The position numbers and the translations under genes are program-made. The notes under the pieces are model-generated. The model did not search any database and was not told the origin of the DNA. It was given only the letters and a program-made list of their open reading frames with translations. Positions 1 through 11,209 of a stretch of DNA of 64,000 nucleotides are shown here, piece by piece. The stretch is taken from assembly GCF_964194155.1 (NCBI RefSeq), contig NC_135898.1, forward strand, positions 17,918,001 through 17,982,000, in the 5' to 3' direction. The first letter of the stretch is position 1. Every line of letters begins with the position of its first letter. This stretch comes from Cetorhinus maximus. Its lineage: Eukaryota.

Positions 1-389
1 TCCCTAACATGTCCCCTCATGTGACAATGTCACATGAGTTGGAACATGTTCATAATTTCCAAAAAAACTTTATTAAAAATTTTTAAACCCTACATGAAAC
101 CTCATCCTGCCCATGGATGAGGTGTCATGCTTTTTCTAGTTCATGCTGGGGCTCCTGGCCTGCCCGCCAACCTTAAGGTTGGACAGGCAGATCCACTAAT
201 TACTTTAATTGCTCTGTCAAAGGCCTCAATTGGCCATTGACAGGTCGGCGGGTACGCAGCTGATTTTGCCTTCCTGAAAATTTAAATGGGACGCGGTGAT
301 GTCAGGAGTTCCGCCCAACGTCACCGCGTGTCATTTTACGCATCGGCGAGCGGGCCCCGCCCCCACTCGCCGACAGTAAAATCCAGCCC
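1..389. mobile_element. Harbinger-family MITE, right part (left part outside window)
   Basis: Ends in AAAATCCAGCCC (378-389), resembling the Harbinger TIR. Colinear with the MITEs at 36395-37059 and 39033-39695, sharing the hairpins AACATGTCCCCTCATGTGACAATGTCACATGAG, CATGAAACCTCATCC...GGATGAGG and CCAACCTTAAGGTTGG. Confidence 0.85.
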
Positions 390-1065
390 TTATTACCTGT
401 TTTTATAGTTCTAGCTTGCTTTCTCTCATACTCTAATTTATCCCTCCTTTTTTTTTAGTCATTCTTTGCTGGTTTCTAACATCTGTCCAATCTTCTGACC
501 AACCACTAATCTTCGCAGTATTGTACACTTTTTCTTTCAATGTAATATTATCCTTAACTTCCTTAGTTAGCTACAGATGGTGCGTCCTTTTCATAGAGCC
601 TTTCCTTCTTAATGGAATATATCTTTGCTGAGAGTTATGAAATATCTCCTTAAATGTCTGCCACTGCTCCTCTACTGTCCTACCTTTTAACCTATTCTCC
701 CAGTTCACTTTTGCCAACTCTGCCTTCATACCCTTGCTGTTGTCTTTATTTAAGTTCAAGACACAAGTCTTAGACTCACATTTCTCACCGTCAAACTGAA
801 TGTGAAATTCTATCATGTTGTGATCACTGTTGCCTAGAGGCTCCTTTGCTCTGAGGTCATTAATTAATTAATTCATTCATTCATTCATTGTACATTACCA
901 GGTCTAAAATAGCCTGTTGTCTGGTTGGCCCGAGAACATGCTGCTCTAAGAAATTGTCCAGAACTCACTCTATAAACTCATCTTCCAGGCTACCTTTGCC
1001 AATCTGATTCATCCAGGCTACCTTTGCCAATCTGATACATCCACTCTATACGAAGATCAAAATGA
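390..1065 (-). mobile_element. CR1-type LINE ORF2 fragment (endonuclease-RT linker), decayed
   Basis: ORF 571-816(-) ...LNLNK...KAELAKVNWE...WQTFKEIF...YIP is homologous to the CR1 copy at 41800-42300. Small tandem duplication CCAGGCTACCTTTGCCAATCTGAT at ~985-1036. Confidence 0.8.
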
Positions 1066-1262
1066 TCTGTATTGAATCTTCTTCTATGTCCAAATTCAGT
1101 ATATTAACACAACATGGGTGAATATCAGTCATAAGTAAAATCTGTCATTTAAATGTTCACCAATCAGGTGGCAAGAAAATGCAATTTAGTACTCTAGACA
1201 ACTTTTTTTGGTTGAATTAATTGGTTGACGCACTTCCAGTGTTAAATGCGGAAAAATCTTCC

Positions 1263-2422
1263 ACAAGGTCCCACATGGGAGACTTATAAAGAAGGCAAAT
1301 GCACATGGGATACAGGGTAATTTAATAAGGTGGATTCAAAATTGGCTTAGTTGGTAGGAGACAGAGGGTGATGACAGAAGGATGCTTTAGTTCCTGGAAG
1401 CCAGTGTCCAGTGGCGTACCACAGGGATCTGTGCTCGGTCCCCTATTATTTGTCATTTATATAAACAACATAGGTGACTATGTGGGGGTTAGGATTAGTA
1501 AGTTTGCGGATGACACAAAGATTGGCCGGGTGGTTAATAGTGAGGTTGAGTGTCTTGGGCTACAGGAAGATATAGACAGGATGGTCAAATGGGCAGATAA
1601 GTGGCAGATGGAATTTAACCCTGAAAAGTGTGAGGTGATACACTTTGGAAGGAGTAATTTGACAAGGAAGTATTCAATTAACGGCATGACACTAGGAAGT
1701 TCTGAGGAACAAAGGGACCTTGGCATGCGTGTCCATAGATCTCTGAAGGCAGAGGGGCAAGTTAGTGGGGTGGTGAAAAAGGCATATGGGACACTTGCCT
1801 TTATCAATCGAGGCATAGATTACAAAAGTAAGGAGGTCATGTTAGAGTTGTATAGAACCTTGGTGAGGCCACAGCTGGAGTACTGTGTGCAGTTCTGGTC
1901 GCCACATTATAGGAAGGATGTGATTGTACTGGAGGGGGTGCAGAGGAGATTCACCAGGATGTTGCCCGGGATGAAACATTTAAGTTATGAAGAGAGGTTG
2001 GATAGACTTGGGTTGTTTTCGTTGGAGCAGAGAAGACTGAGGGGTGACCTGATCGAGGTGTACAAGATTATGAGGGGCATGGACAGGGTGGATAGGGAGC
2101 AGCTGTTCCCCTTAGTTGAAGGGTCAGTCACGAAGGGACATAAGTTCAAGGTGAGGGGCAGGAGGTTTAGGGGGGATGTGAGGAAAAACCTTTTTACCCA
2201 GAGGGTGGTGACGGTCTGGAATGCACTGCCTGGGAGGGTGGTGGAGGCGGGTTGCCTCACATCCTTTAAAAAGTACCTGGATGAGCACTTGGCACGTCAT
2301 AACATTGAAGGCTATGGGCCTAGTGCTGGAAAATGGGATTAGGTAGGTAGGTCAGGTGTTTCTCACGTGTCGGTGCAGACTCGATGGGCTGAAGGGCCTC
2401 TTCTGCACTGTGATTTTGTGAT
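1263..2422 (+). mobile_element. 5'-truncated CR1-clade LINE (HER1-like) with open RT C-terminal ORF 1368-2342
   Basis: 324-aa ORF with SGVPQGSVLGPLLF, KFADDTK, VRPQLEYCVQFWSP and RRLRGDLIEVYK motifs. 3' UTR GACTCGATGGGCTGAAGGGCCTCTTCTGCACTGTGATTTTGTGA is typical of CR1 tails. Confidence 0.93.
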
Positions 2423-2747
2423 CTGAATGACATCTCTCCAGCAAAATTTGAATATAATAATTAGGTTCTTCAGTATTTCGAGTGGGAGGTTTTGTTGTTA
2501 GCCTAAACGTGAACTGCAAATGATTGTGAGCTGCAAATGGGATAGAGCTAGGTGAAACTGGTCTTCTCCCCTATTTACAGGGCCGTAAAGATAAGGGAAT
2601 TGTCCCCTTAAACTCTACATTTCATGATTACTAGGAATTTGTTAACTGAATCAAATGTTTAAAATTACAATGTTTTATGGCAAATGAATAGTTGGAATAT
2701 GCAATATGCAGCACATTTGATATTCTACATGGAGCAATAAACACAAA

Positions 2748-3132
2748 TAGGGGAGATGGTAGTGGAGCAGTAATCCAAATTCCCAGGCTAATCTTCTGGG
2801 GACATGGGTTCAAATCCCACCATGGCAACTGGTGGAATTTAAATTCAAGTACTAAAGTCTAGAATTGAAAGCTAGTCTCAGTAATGATGCATGAAGCTAT
2901 AATTGATTGTTGTAAAAACCCATCTGGTTCACTAATGCTCTTTAGGGAAGGAAATCTGCCATCCTTACCTGCCTTGGCCTACATGTGACTCCACATTCAC
3001 AGCAATGTGGTTGGTTCTTAATTGCCCTCTGGCCTAGCAAATCACTCTGTTCAAGGACAATTAGGGATGGGCAACAAATGCTGGCCTTTCCAGCAATGTC
3101 CACATCCCATCGAAAGAATAAATTTTTAAAAA
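2748..3132 (+). mobile_element. tRNA-derived SINE sharing its 3' tail with the LINE at 6313-6979
   Basis: B-box GGGTTCAAATCCC at ~2806-2818. Tail CAATTAGGGATGGGCAACAAATGCTGGCC...CACATCCCAT...AAAGAATAAA matches the LINE 3' end. Confidence 0.85.
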
Positions 3133-5515
3133 TTCATTACATGGAACACTTCTGATCATCCCATTTGGGGTAAGAAATCTTTTCACACTGAAGTACTGGG
3201 CAATTAGGCACCAAATTTCACTCACTTTCTGATAGTGGGTTGTAGAAACCTATTGGAAAGCAACATGGCACTAGTCCCAAAGTGGTTATTAAAAAATAAA
3301 GGGAAACATGCTGGTAAGCTTCTTATCCACTCCATGTAACTGATCATCTATTTCTATGGTGAGCATCAAGTTAATAAAGCAATGAACAAACATATATACC
3401 ATAGCAAGTACTACATTAGGAAATGTGTGCCTTACTTTTCTATTCAAATATCAACCATTTTATTAAATTTTGCTGTGTGAAATTTAACCTCAAATATTTT
3501 GTGAAATTTTCCTTTCCAATAGATTATAATGGTTCGAAATCTAAAGCCTTGCCTGATTTTCCACAGTAAATAAATTATATTCTGAATGAATCTAAAGAAA
3601 AGCCACTTCTTGATTCTCAATCATGATATTTTAATCTAACTTAGCACATTTTTGAAAATAAATTCTACAAAAATATACATGTTTGAGAATACCATGGTTT
3701 TTTCTACACACAATTGCAATATAGAGTTAATTTGATGCATGTAATGAAACAAACTGATCAGAGGTACTTTCCCATGAGCCACGAGCAATTTAAAAATAAA
3801 TCAAACTTTGCTTGCACCATCAATGAACGCTTGCTATAACCAAGGCAACCCCCTTGCCATTGTTGCCCATTAACTTTCTGGAGCATTAATTCCCAATATA
3901 AAAAAATAACTATGGCTAAGTTTCTGACAGACAAATAAAACATATACCACCCACAACAACTTTACTGAAATGCTACCAAATTGGGGGCAGACAAACTTCA
4001 ACAATTGTCCTCCAATGACCAACACGTGCATATCCTCTTTTTTATGCTGTTTTTGATGACCAACTATTGACTTTTGAAACTGTTGATCTCATGAGCATCA
4101 AGCGGACAATTACTATTATACACAATTTCATATCATACAAGAAATTTATTAAGAATATAGGCTTAATTCTGTGCTCATGCAGAGCTTCTCTAATTCAAGT
4201 TCAGCCTCGGGCTCTGGATATCTTGTGCTCCAATCTATCACAATGTCTGTCTTGTCAAGATTCATCATGTTACAGAATCACATTGTGACAATCAGAACGC
4301 AAGGCTCCAACAACCTACAATCTCTGGGCAAGCTATGGGAAAGCTCTGAAGCAGGAGAATGGCAGGAGCTGCTCTGGGTCATACAAGTGTCTCTGGAACC
4401 AAACACGTCCATTTTATGCATCTTCTTGCTCAAATGACTGTGAATGTGATTAAATGTGAGAAGGCCCGGGCAGCCACTCCAGCAATGCATGTTTTAATTC
4501 CTGCTATGGCTGATACCTGAGCAGCATTTTAGACACAAAAAACTACTGTGACTGTTCAAGCCATTTCTTACTCATACGTGACCACCAAGAAGTGATACTG
4601 ATCTCTGAAAAAGAGGTGAAAGTGCTCACAGGTGCAAGTCATGAGAAGTGCTTGAGGGAAGATCACAATGTGCATGCTCTGGGAATGTATCTCACTCATG
4701 GAAAGAACACAAATCACTTTTTACCTGTGTTCATAGATTTATTTAGAATAGGAAATTAAAAGTCTTAGATGATTATTACTGTTCTGTCAAAAGGAGAAAT
4801 ACATTTAAAAAATTTTTTGCTGAGGTTTGATTTCATAGGTATCAGCAGCCCGCTATGTTCTTATGTGAGTCTAGATTTTGAAAGATAGGTTGATGATTTA
4901 TTGTATCTTGTTATCATAAAAGATATGTATATGTCTCCTATAGGTGTAAAGTTGTTTTGTGGGTCAGTCAGTTCATTTTCTGCCTTTCCCAAGGGTACTG
5001 CAGTACAACTGCTTGGTTTTAGCAAATACCTTATTCCCTTAGTAGCGACTTAGATCTGCAACATTATAGGTAAAGAAACTTGGAGCAGTAGATTTGAAAC
5101 TAATTCTGTCAAAGTGAACCAATATTTTTGATCTCAGTGCCATGATTTTAAGCGTGAACACAGACTCTTAGGTATGCAGAAACTGCAATCTGACCCACTT
5201 TGATCAGTTGATGAGCTTAATTGCTGATTTGCTAACAGATTCACCAACCTGTTTACAATGTTGAGCACAGCTGTTCAAAACCTCCATTCCTAAAGCACAA
5301 TGTTTCAATGCACAGCAAATTCAGGGAAAGATCAAATGAGCCCTCAATTTCAGCAACACTTATGAGATAGTGGGTATGCACAGTGTTGTGAAATGATTTT
5401 TTCTTGCAACTAGATCCCATAATAAGATTGGAGGTTAACATGTAACTTTTTGTTGAAGCTACAGTTGTCGCCTCAAATACTTGACCTGCAGTTCTAAATA
5501 TTTCAAAGCTTTATA

Positions 5516-5862
5516 CAGTAAACTTTATGTTATCCGGCACTCTACTAACCGAATTTTCTACTAACCAGAATTTCTGCTGTTTCCCTAATATGAATTCTTA
5601 CTTTACCAACCGGAAGCAATTACAAAGTACTCTAGAACCATAGCTGTATACTGTATGATTTTATACTATAATCTATGTTTTGATATGTTGAAGATTAGAA
5701 GTAAACTAAAGAACATTGTACTTTCTGAGTATTTGCCCATTAGTTCATGCCTGAAGTATTGCCCTGTATTCCATTGGTAAATTAAACTCTCTGTTAACTG
5801 GCATTTTTGATTAACCAGCACCACCCATTCCCCGTGCATGGCGGTTAATAAAGATTTTACTG
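5516..5862. mobile_element. Tc1/mariner (Tigger/pogo-like) MITE
   Basis: TA|CAGTAAACTTTATGTTATCCGGCAC ... GGCGGTTAATAAAGATTTTACTG|TA: imperfect TIRs starting CAGT, with a TA target duplication. Confidence 0.75.
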
Positions 5863-6312
5863 TAATTATTCTGTTGAAAGTTAACATCATAGTGTGTAAG
5901 TGCTTGGTTGTTCAGGATACATCCAGGTTATTGAGTATTTTTTTAAGTTTCAATTTTTTTGTATTTTAGGCACATTGGACCAAGATTGACATCAATATTT
6001 ATTTTAAACTGTGTTGCATTAGTGGGCATCTCAGAAGTGATCATAAATCAACTCAGATATATTGCAAAGCAGAGGTCAGGTTTTGGCCAGTTTTAGTACT
6101 GATGTGACCTGGGAGATATGGGCAATAATGTCATATTATCTGTTAAGAATGATTCAAATCCAGCTTCCAAAAATTAAAGATCAATAATGATTTGAGGAAT
6201 GTAATGGCCTTTCTGCACCAATATTGTATAAGCCAATATGAGGTCTATTTTCCTTTGTTCATGAATATCTACTTTGTTCTTACTCTGACTTTCTTGAATA
6301 TCATTGAATATA

Positions 6313-6979
6313 GTCACTGAATCCCCCACTATCAACATATTGGGGGTTACCATTGACCAGAAACTGAACTGGATTAGCCAGATAAATACTGTGGCTACAA
6401 GGGCAGGGCAGAGGCTAGGAGTTCTGCAGCGAGTAACTCACCTCCTGACTCCCAAAGCCTGCTCACCATCTACAAGGCATAAGTCAGGAGTGTGATGGAA
6501 TACTCTCCACTTGCCTGGATGAGTGCAGCTCCAACAACACTCAAGAAGCTTGACACCATTCAGGACAAAGCAGCCTGTTTTATTGGCACCCTATCAAATA
6601 ACATTCATTCCCTCCACCTCCACCATTTACAAAATGCGCTGCAGCAACTCACCAAGGCTCCTTAAACAGCACCTTCCAAATTCATGACCTCTATGATCTA
6701 AAAGGCCAAGGGCAGCAGAGACATGGGGACGCCACCCCTGGAAATTCCCCTCCAAGCCATTCACCGTCCAGACTTAGAAATATATTGCCATTCCGTCAAT
6801 GTTGCTAGGTCAAAATCCTGGAACTCCCTCCCTAACACACCGCAGGTGTACCTACACCACATGGACTACAGCAGTTCAAGAATGCAGCTCACCACCACCT
6901 TCTCAAGGGCAATTAGGGATGGGCAATAAATGCTGGCCTAGCCAGCAATACCCACATCCCATGAAAGAATAAAAAAAAA
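6313..6979 (+). mobile_element. Non-LTR retrotransposon (CR1/L2-group LINE) 3' fragment
   Basis: RT C-terminus INILGVTIDQKLNW...YKAQVRSVMEY-like, followed by a 3' UTR and A-rich end. Confidence 0.85.
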
Positions 6980-7346
6980 TTAACAAACAAAGGAAAATAA
7001 ATGTGTTGCACTCATGTGTAAGTAGCATCCTAAGGTTATCAATTCACAAAATTCCACATTATGTGATTGTGCTTCAGATTTGACATCATTTAGCACAGTT
7101 GTCATTATTATGGCACATGGAAGGATATATTTTTAGATTGGTTTCTACTTGATTAACAGATGCACAGCATTCAAAAACAAATGGAAAGTTTGGTGAAGTT
7201 TGTTTTCATGAGATTTTCATCAAGTTAGTGTACATCCAATTTTCTAGCTTGCTTTGCAATGGTGCTAAAAGTCACCCCCAACTTCAATATATTCATTATA
7301 GTGTTTGGTAGCACAAAACTTGAACATTGCTGAAAAAAGAGACATG

Positions 7347-7381
7347 CTGAGAAGCTTTTTGTCTTGCACTCATCAGGACAG
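7347..7381 (-). ncRNA. Minimal type-I hammerhead ribozyme motif (decayed copy)
   Basis: Minus strand reads CTGTC CTGATGA GTGCAAGAC AAAA AGCT TC TCAG. The G of GAAA is lost by a CpG transition. Confidence 0.6.
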
Positions 7382-8006
7382 AATTCACAAGAATACCAAT
7401 TGTAAAGGGAGAAACAATTTGTGCTGCATGGGAGTGCTGATTGGTTGGCAAGTGGACTCTGATTTGTAGAGGTGTTGCCATGGAGAATGCACCAGGGAAC
7501 AGTTAACTGCTGAGCTTTTTATTTAAATTCAAATATATGTAGCTTCTAGCACTCATAAGTGAGCCACACTGCGAATCCGACTGATAATGTTAAATTGGTT
7601 GCCAGTTGGACATACTTGCTAAACAATCCTGATTGTGCTAAGAATTGCACTGACAACCAATTTAAAATTATCAGTCAGGCTCGCAGTGTGACTCACTTAC
7701 ACATGCTAGAAGCTACATATATTCACACACAGGGCCCTGTCCTTTGCAAGCAGAAGGAGCATGTCCGCGCATTGCGCCTTTTCAACTAAACAAAAGCTTG
7801 GAGGCCAGCTATTCACTTGTTCATTCCCCATGGCAGTGACTTGACCAATCAGAGTCAACCTGCCTTGTTACAAAAGGAACAGTTAACTGTTCCCTGGTGC
7901 ATTCTCCATGGCAATGCCTCTTCCAACCAAAGTGCCAACCAATCAGCACTCTCTTCTCATGCATTATAAATAGTTATTCCCTTTATAATTGGTATTCTTG
8001 CGAATT

Positions 8007-8042
8007 TTGTTCTGATGAATGCAAGATGAAAAGCTTTGACAG
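8007..8042 (+). ncRNA. Minimal type-I hammerhead ribozyme motif
   Basis: TTGTT CTGATGA ATGCAAGAT GAAA AGCT TT GACAG: core CUGAUGA/GAAA, palindromic AGCU loop III, and stem I TGTY/GACA. Confidence 0.7.
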
Positions 8043-8259
8043 CGTGTCTCTTTTTTTCAGCTATATTCACTATATTAAAATTATCCTGATTATAACATTT
8101 AGATTTCCATTCAATTTCTCACTATAGCACTTATAGCCCGTATAAAGCAAGTGCCCAGGCCTACTACAGTGTTTATTTATTGGTGCATTGAAAAAACTGA
8201 ATCAAAAGATTTAAAAAAGCATTTGAGATTATTTTGACTGTTTGAGGCAGTTGGTTCCC

Positions 8260-8705
8260 CATGCTTTTTAAAGGAAGAAAAGGAAATGCAAGTGAAGCAT
8301 GACAGGCAAGTCAGGCTGCATCAGAGGAAACTGCCCAAATGGCAGTATTCACCAACCCACATTTACAGCCGGAAGAACATCTACCTTGCAATAACTGTTA
8401 AATGGCTTTGGCAATTCTAAACTATTTGTTGCAAGGAGTCTTGTAGCTAACAAACACCACGGGGGTGGCACTAACAGTTGTGACCAACCTCTGCTCCTTC
8501 CAGGTATGAAACAATGTTGTTCTTTGGGTGCCTTAAAGTGGCAAGCAGGACTACCCTTCTCACTATCTATTCATCTGAACCTTGTCAATTACACCAGTCA
8601 ACAAAGAATTAGAGTGCTGCTCACTCTATCCCTTGATCACAGAATAAAGTTGTAGTTTCCAAATTTATGGCAGCAACACTGGATTTTGCCAAATGTTACA
8701 CTGTG
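8260..8705 (+). pseudogene. Highly decayed Harbinger transposase, 5' part (apparently resumes at ~10570-10810 after a LINE insertion)
   Basis: Residual HIYSRKNIYL (cf. R.YR.R.SYL), ..SFQ and AATLDF/GFP-like motifs. The downstream piece resembles GG.LQY...CVLH. Confidence 0.4.
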
Positions 8706-10575
8706 ATATCGAGAAATGGCAGAGTGCACTGGATACACCAAAGGCTATGGGCCCTGACAACAACACAGTTGCAGTACTGAAGATTTTTTCTCCAGAAATA
8801 GTCACAACTTTAGCTAAGCCAATTGCATACAGCTACAATGCTAGCATCTACCTGACAAAGTGGAAAATTATCTGGGGTACTGTGCACAAAAAGCAGGCCA
8901 AATCCAATTCAGTTAATCAGTGGCCCAATAGTCTACTCTCAATCATCAGCAAAGTGATGGAAGGGGTCATTGACTATGCTATCATGCGACACGTACCAAA
9001 AATCTGCTCATCAAAGCTCATTTTGGGTTCCTGCAGGACCATTTGGCTGTAGACCTCATTACAGTCTATGTCCAAATATATACTAAAGAGCAGAATTCCA
9101 GAAGTGAGGTGGGAGTGACTACCTTTGGCATCAAGGCAGCATTTTCCCAAATGTGGCATGAAGGAATTCCAGAAAAATTGAAGTAAATGGGAATCAGGGA
9201 GAAAACACACCACTGGCTGGAGTCATGCCTAGTGCAAAAGAAGGTTTGTGGTTGTTGGAGATAATTAACTCAGCCCCTGGACATCACTGCAGAACTTCTT
9301 AGGGCAGTGTCCTAGGTCCAACCATCTTCAGCTAATTCATCAATGGCCTTCCTTCCATCATAAAGTCAGAAGTAGGGAGATTTGCTAATGATTACACAGT
9401 GCTCAGTTCCATTTTTCTTTATTTATTTTTTCATGGGATGTGGGCGTCACTGGTAAGGCCAGAAATTGTTGCCCATCCCTAATTGCTCTTGAACTGACCT
9501 TGCTAGGTCATTTCAGATGGCAGTTAAGAGTAAACCACATTGCTGTGGGTCTGGAGTCACATGTAGGCTAGACCAGGTAAGGACAGCAGACTTTCTTCCC
9601 TAAAGGACATTAGTGAACAACAATTTGTCGTTTTTACAACAATCGACGATAGTTTCATGGTCACAATTACTGAGACTAGCTTTATATTCCAGATTTATTA
9701 ATTGAATTTAAATTCCACCAGCTGCCGTGGTGGGATTGGAACCCATGTCCCCTGAGAATTAGCCTGGATCTCTAGTCCATTTGCAATTCCTCAGATAATG
9801 AAGCAACCCATGCCCACATATAACAAGACTTGGACAACATTTAGATTTGAACTGAGAAGTGGCAAGTAACATTCATACCACATAAGCCTCAGGCAATGAC
9901 TATCTCAATCAGGAGAGAGTCTAACCATCTCCCCTTGACATTCAATGGCATTACCATCACTGAATACTCTACAACCAAATTCCTGTGGTCATTATTGACC
10001 AGGAACTTAAATGCACCAACCATATAAATAGTCAGCTGCAAATCCAAGACAACAGCTGGATATTCTGTGGCATGTGACTCACCCCTGACTTTGCCAAGCC
10101 TTTCTATCATCTACAAGGCACAAATAAGGAGACTGATGCAATACCCTCCATTTGCCTGAATGAGTGCAGTTCCTTCAACACTCAAAAAGCTAGATGTTAC
10201 CAAGATCAAAGCAACCTGCTTGATTAGCACCTCATCCACCACCTTAAACATTCACTCCTTCCACCACTATCACACTACAAGATGCATTGCAGCAACTCAC
10301 CATACCTCCTTCAACATCATATTCAAAACTGGTGACCCCTACCACCTGGCAGAACGTGCATTGGAACACCACCACCTTCAAACTCCCGTCCCAAGTCACA
10401 CACCATCCTGACTTGGAAACAAATCACCATTCTTTCATTGTTGCTGTATCAAAATCCTGAAACTCCCTACCTGACTTCACCACAAGGACTGGAGCTGTTC
10501 AAGAAGGTGGCTCACTGCAACCTTCTCAAGGGCATTTAGCGATGAACAATAAATGCTAGTCTTGTCAGTGATGCT
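8705..10575 (+). mobile_element. LINE ORF2 fragment (same family as 6313-6979), interrupted by a SINE
   Basis: KAMGPD...SLLSIISKVMEGVI motifs, a GSVLGP-like region, and a 3' tail CAAGGGCATTTAGCGATGAACAATAAATGCT. Confidence 0.85.
9415..9775 (-). mobile_element. tRNA-derived SINE (same family as 2748-3132) nested in LINE
   Basis: Reverse complement of the 2748 SINE. Approximate TSD AG(T)TCCATTT on both sides. Confidence 0.85.
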
Positions 10576-11033
10576 GCAATAGACATAAAAAGCATTAGCA
10601 GTCTTTGTAAAGACTACCAACATTTAAATTTACTTTCACTGTTTGGAAGCAGCTTTCATTCCACCGATGTGTTCTGCACACTCTTCCCCATTTCTCAGCA
10701 AGCTTTCAATGCTCAGCATGGGTGTGAAGCCAGCCCACACTCGTAAATGAAGATGGCAATGTAGAATCAGCCAGGGTCAGGATACTGTCGTGTTAATACA
10801 TCATCTGATCAAGGCATGATCATTCTTCTTTGAAGGAGTCACATGTGCTGTGGATAAGGGGGAACTGGTGGATGTACTGTACTTAGCTTCCCAGAAGACA
10901 TTTGATAAAGTGCCACATCAAAGGTTATTGCAGAAAATAAAAACTCATGGTGTATGGGGTAACATATTGGCATGGATAGAAGATTGGCTGGCTAACAGGA
11001 AGCAGAGAGTTGGCATAAATGGGTATTTTTCTG

Positions 11034-11209
11034 AAACAAAAACAAAAATACCTGGAAAAACTCAGCAGGTCTGACAGCATCTGCGGCGAGGAATACTGTT
11101 TTTCCTTAGTTCTGATGAAGAATCATTCGGACTCGAAACGTTAACTTTATTCCTCTCCGCAGATGCTGTCAGACCTGCTGAGTTCTACCAGGTATTTTTG
11201 TTTTTGTTT
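11034..11209 (+). mobile_element. 176-bp fold-back Penelope-derived mini-element carrying a hammerhead
   Basis: ~60-bp inverted arms (AAACAAAAACAAAAATACCTGG...CAGCATCTGCGG / CCGCAGATGCTG...CCAGGTATTTTTGTTTTTGTTT). Perfect 14-bp TSD TGGGTATTTTTCTG at 11020-11033 and 11210-11223. Confidence 0.9.
11108..11146 (+). ncRNA. Minimal type-I hammerhead ribozyme motif
   Basis: AGTT CTGATGA A GAATC ATTCG GACTC GAAAC GTT AACT: intact core, stem I AGUU/AACU, palindromic AACGTT helix III. Confidence 0.8.

Larger units (their letters stand above)
7301..8061 (+). mobile_element. Penelope-like element 3' remnant with inverted pLTR
   Basis: ORF 7559-7789 resembles a GIY-YIG endonuclease C-terminus (...QFKIISQARS..HL..LEATYIH...P.LCKQKE). 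Segment ~7329-7510 is the reverse complement of ~7880-8061. 13-bp TSD TATATTCA[T/C]TATA at 7288-7300 and 8062-8074. Confidence 0.85.

Noticed and set aside
1368-2342. 324-aa ORF as a functional host gene
   Set aside because: It is the 5'-truncated C-terminal part of CR1 ORF2, lacking the endonuclease and the N-terminal RT motifs.
11034-11209. Classical DNA-transposon MITE or pre-miRNA
   Set aside because: The 14-bp TSD, the hammerhead motif and identity with Penelope 3' ends point to a retroelement origin. Non-hairpin copies of the same sequence exist at 15086 and 48271.
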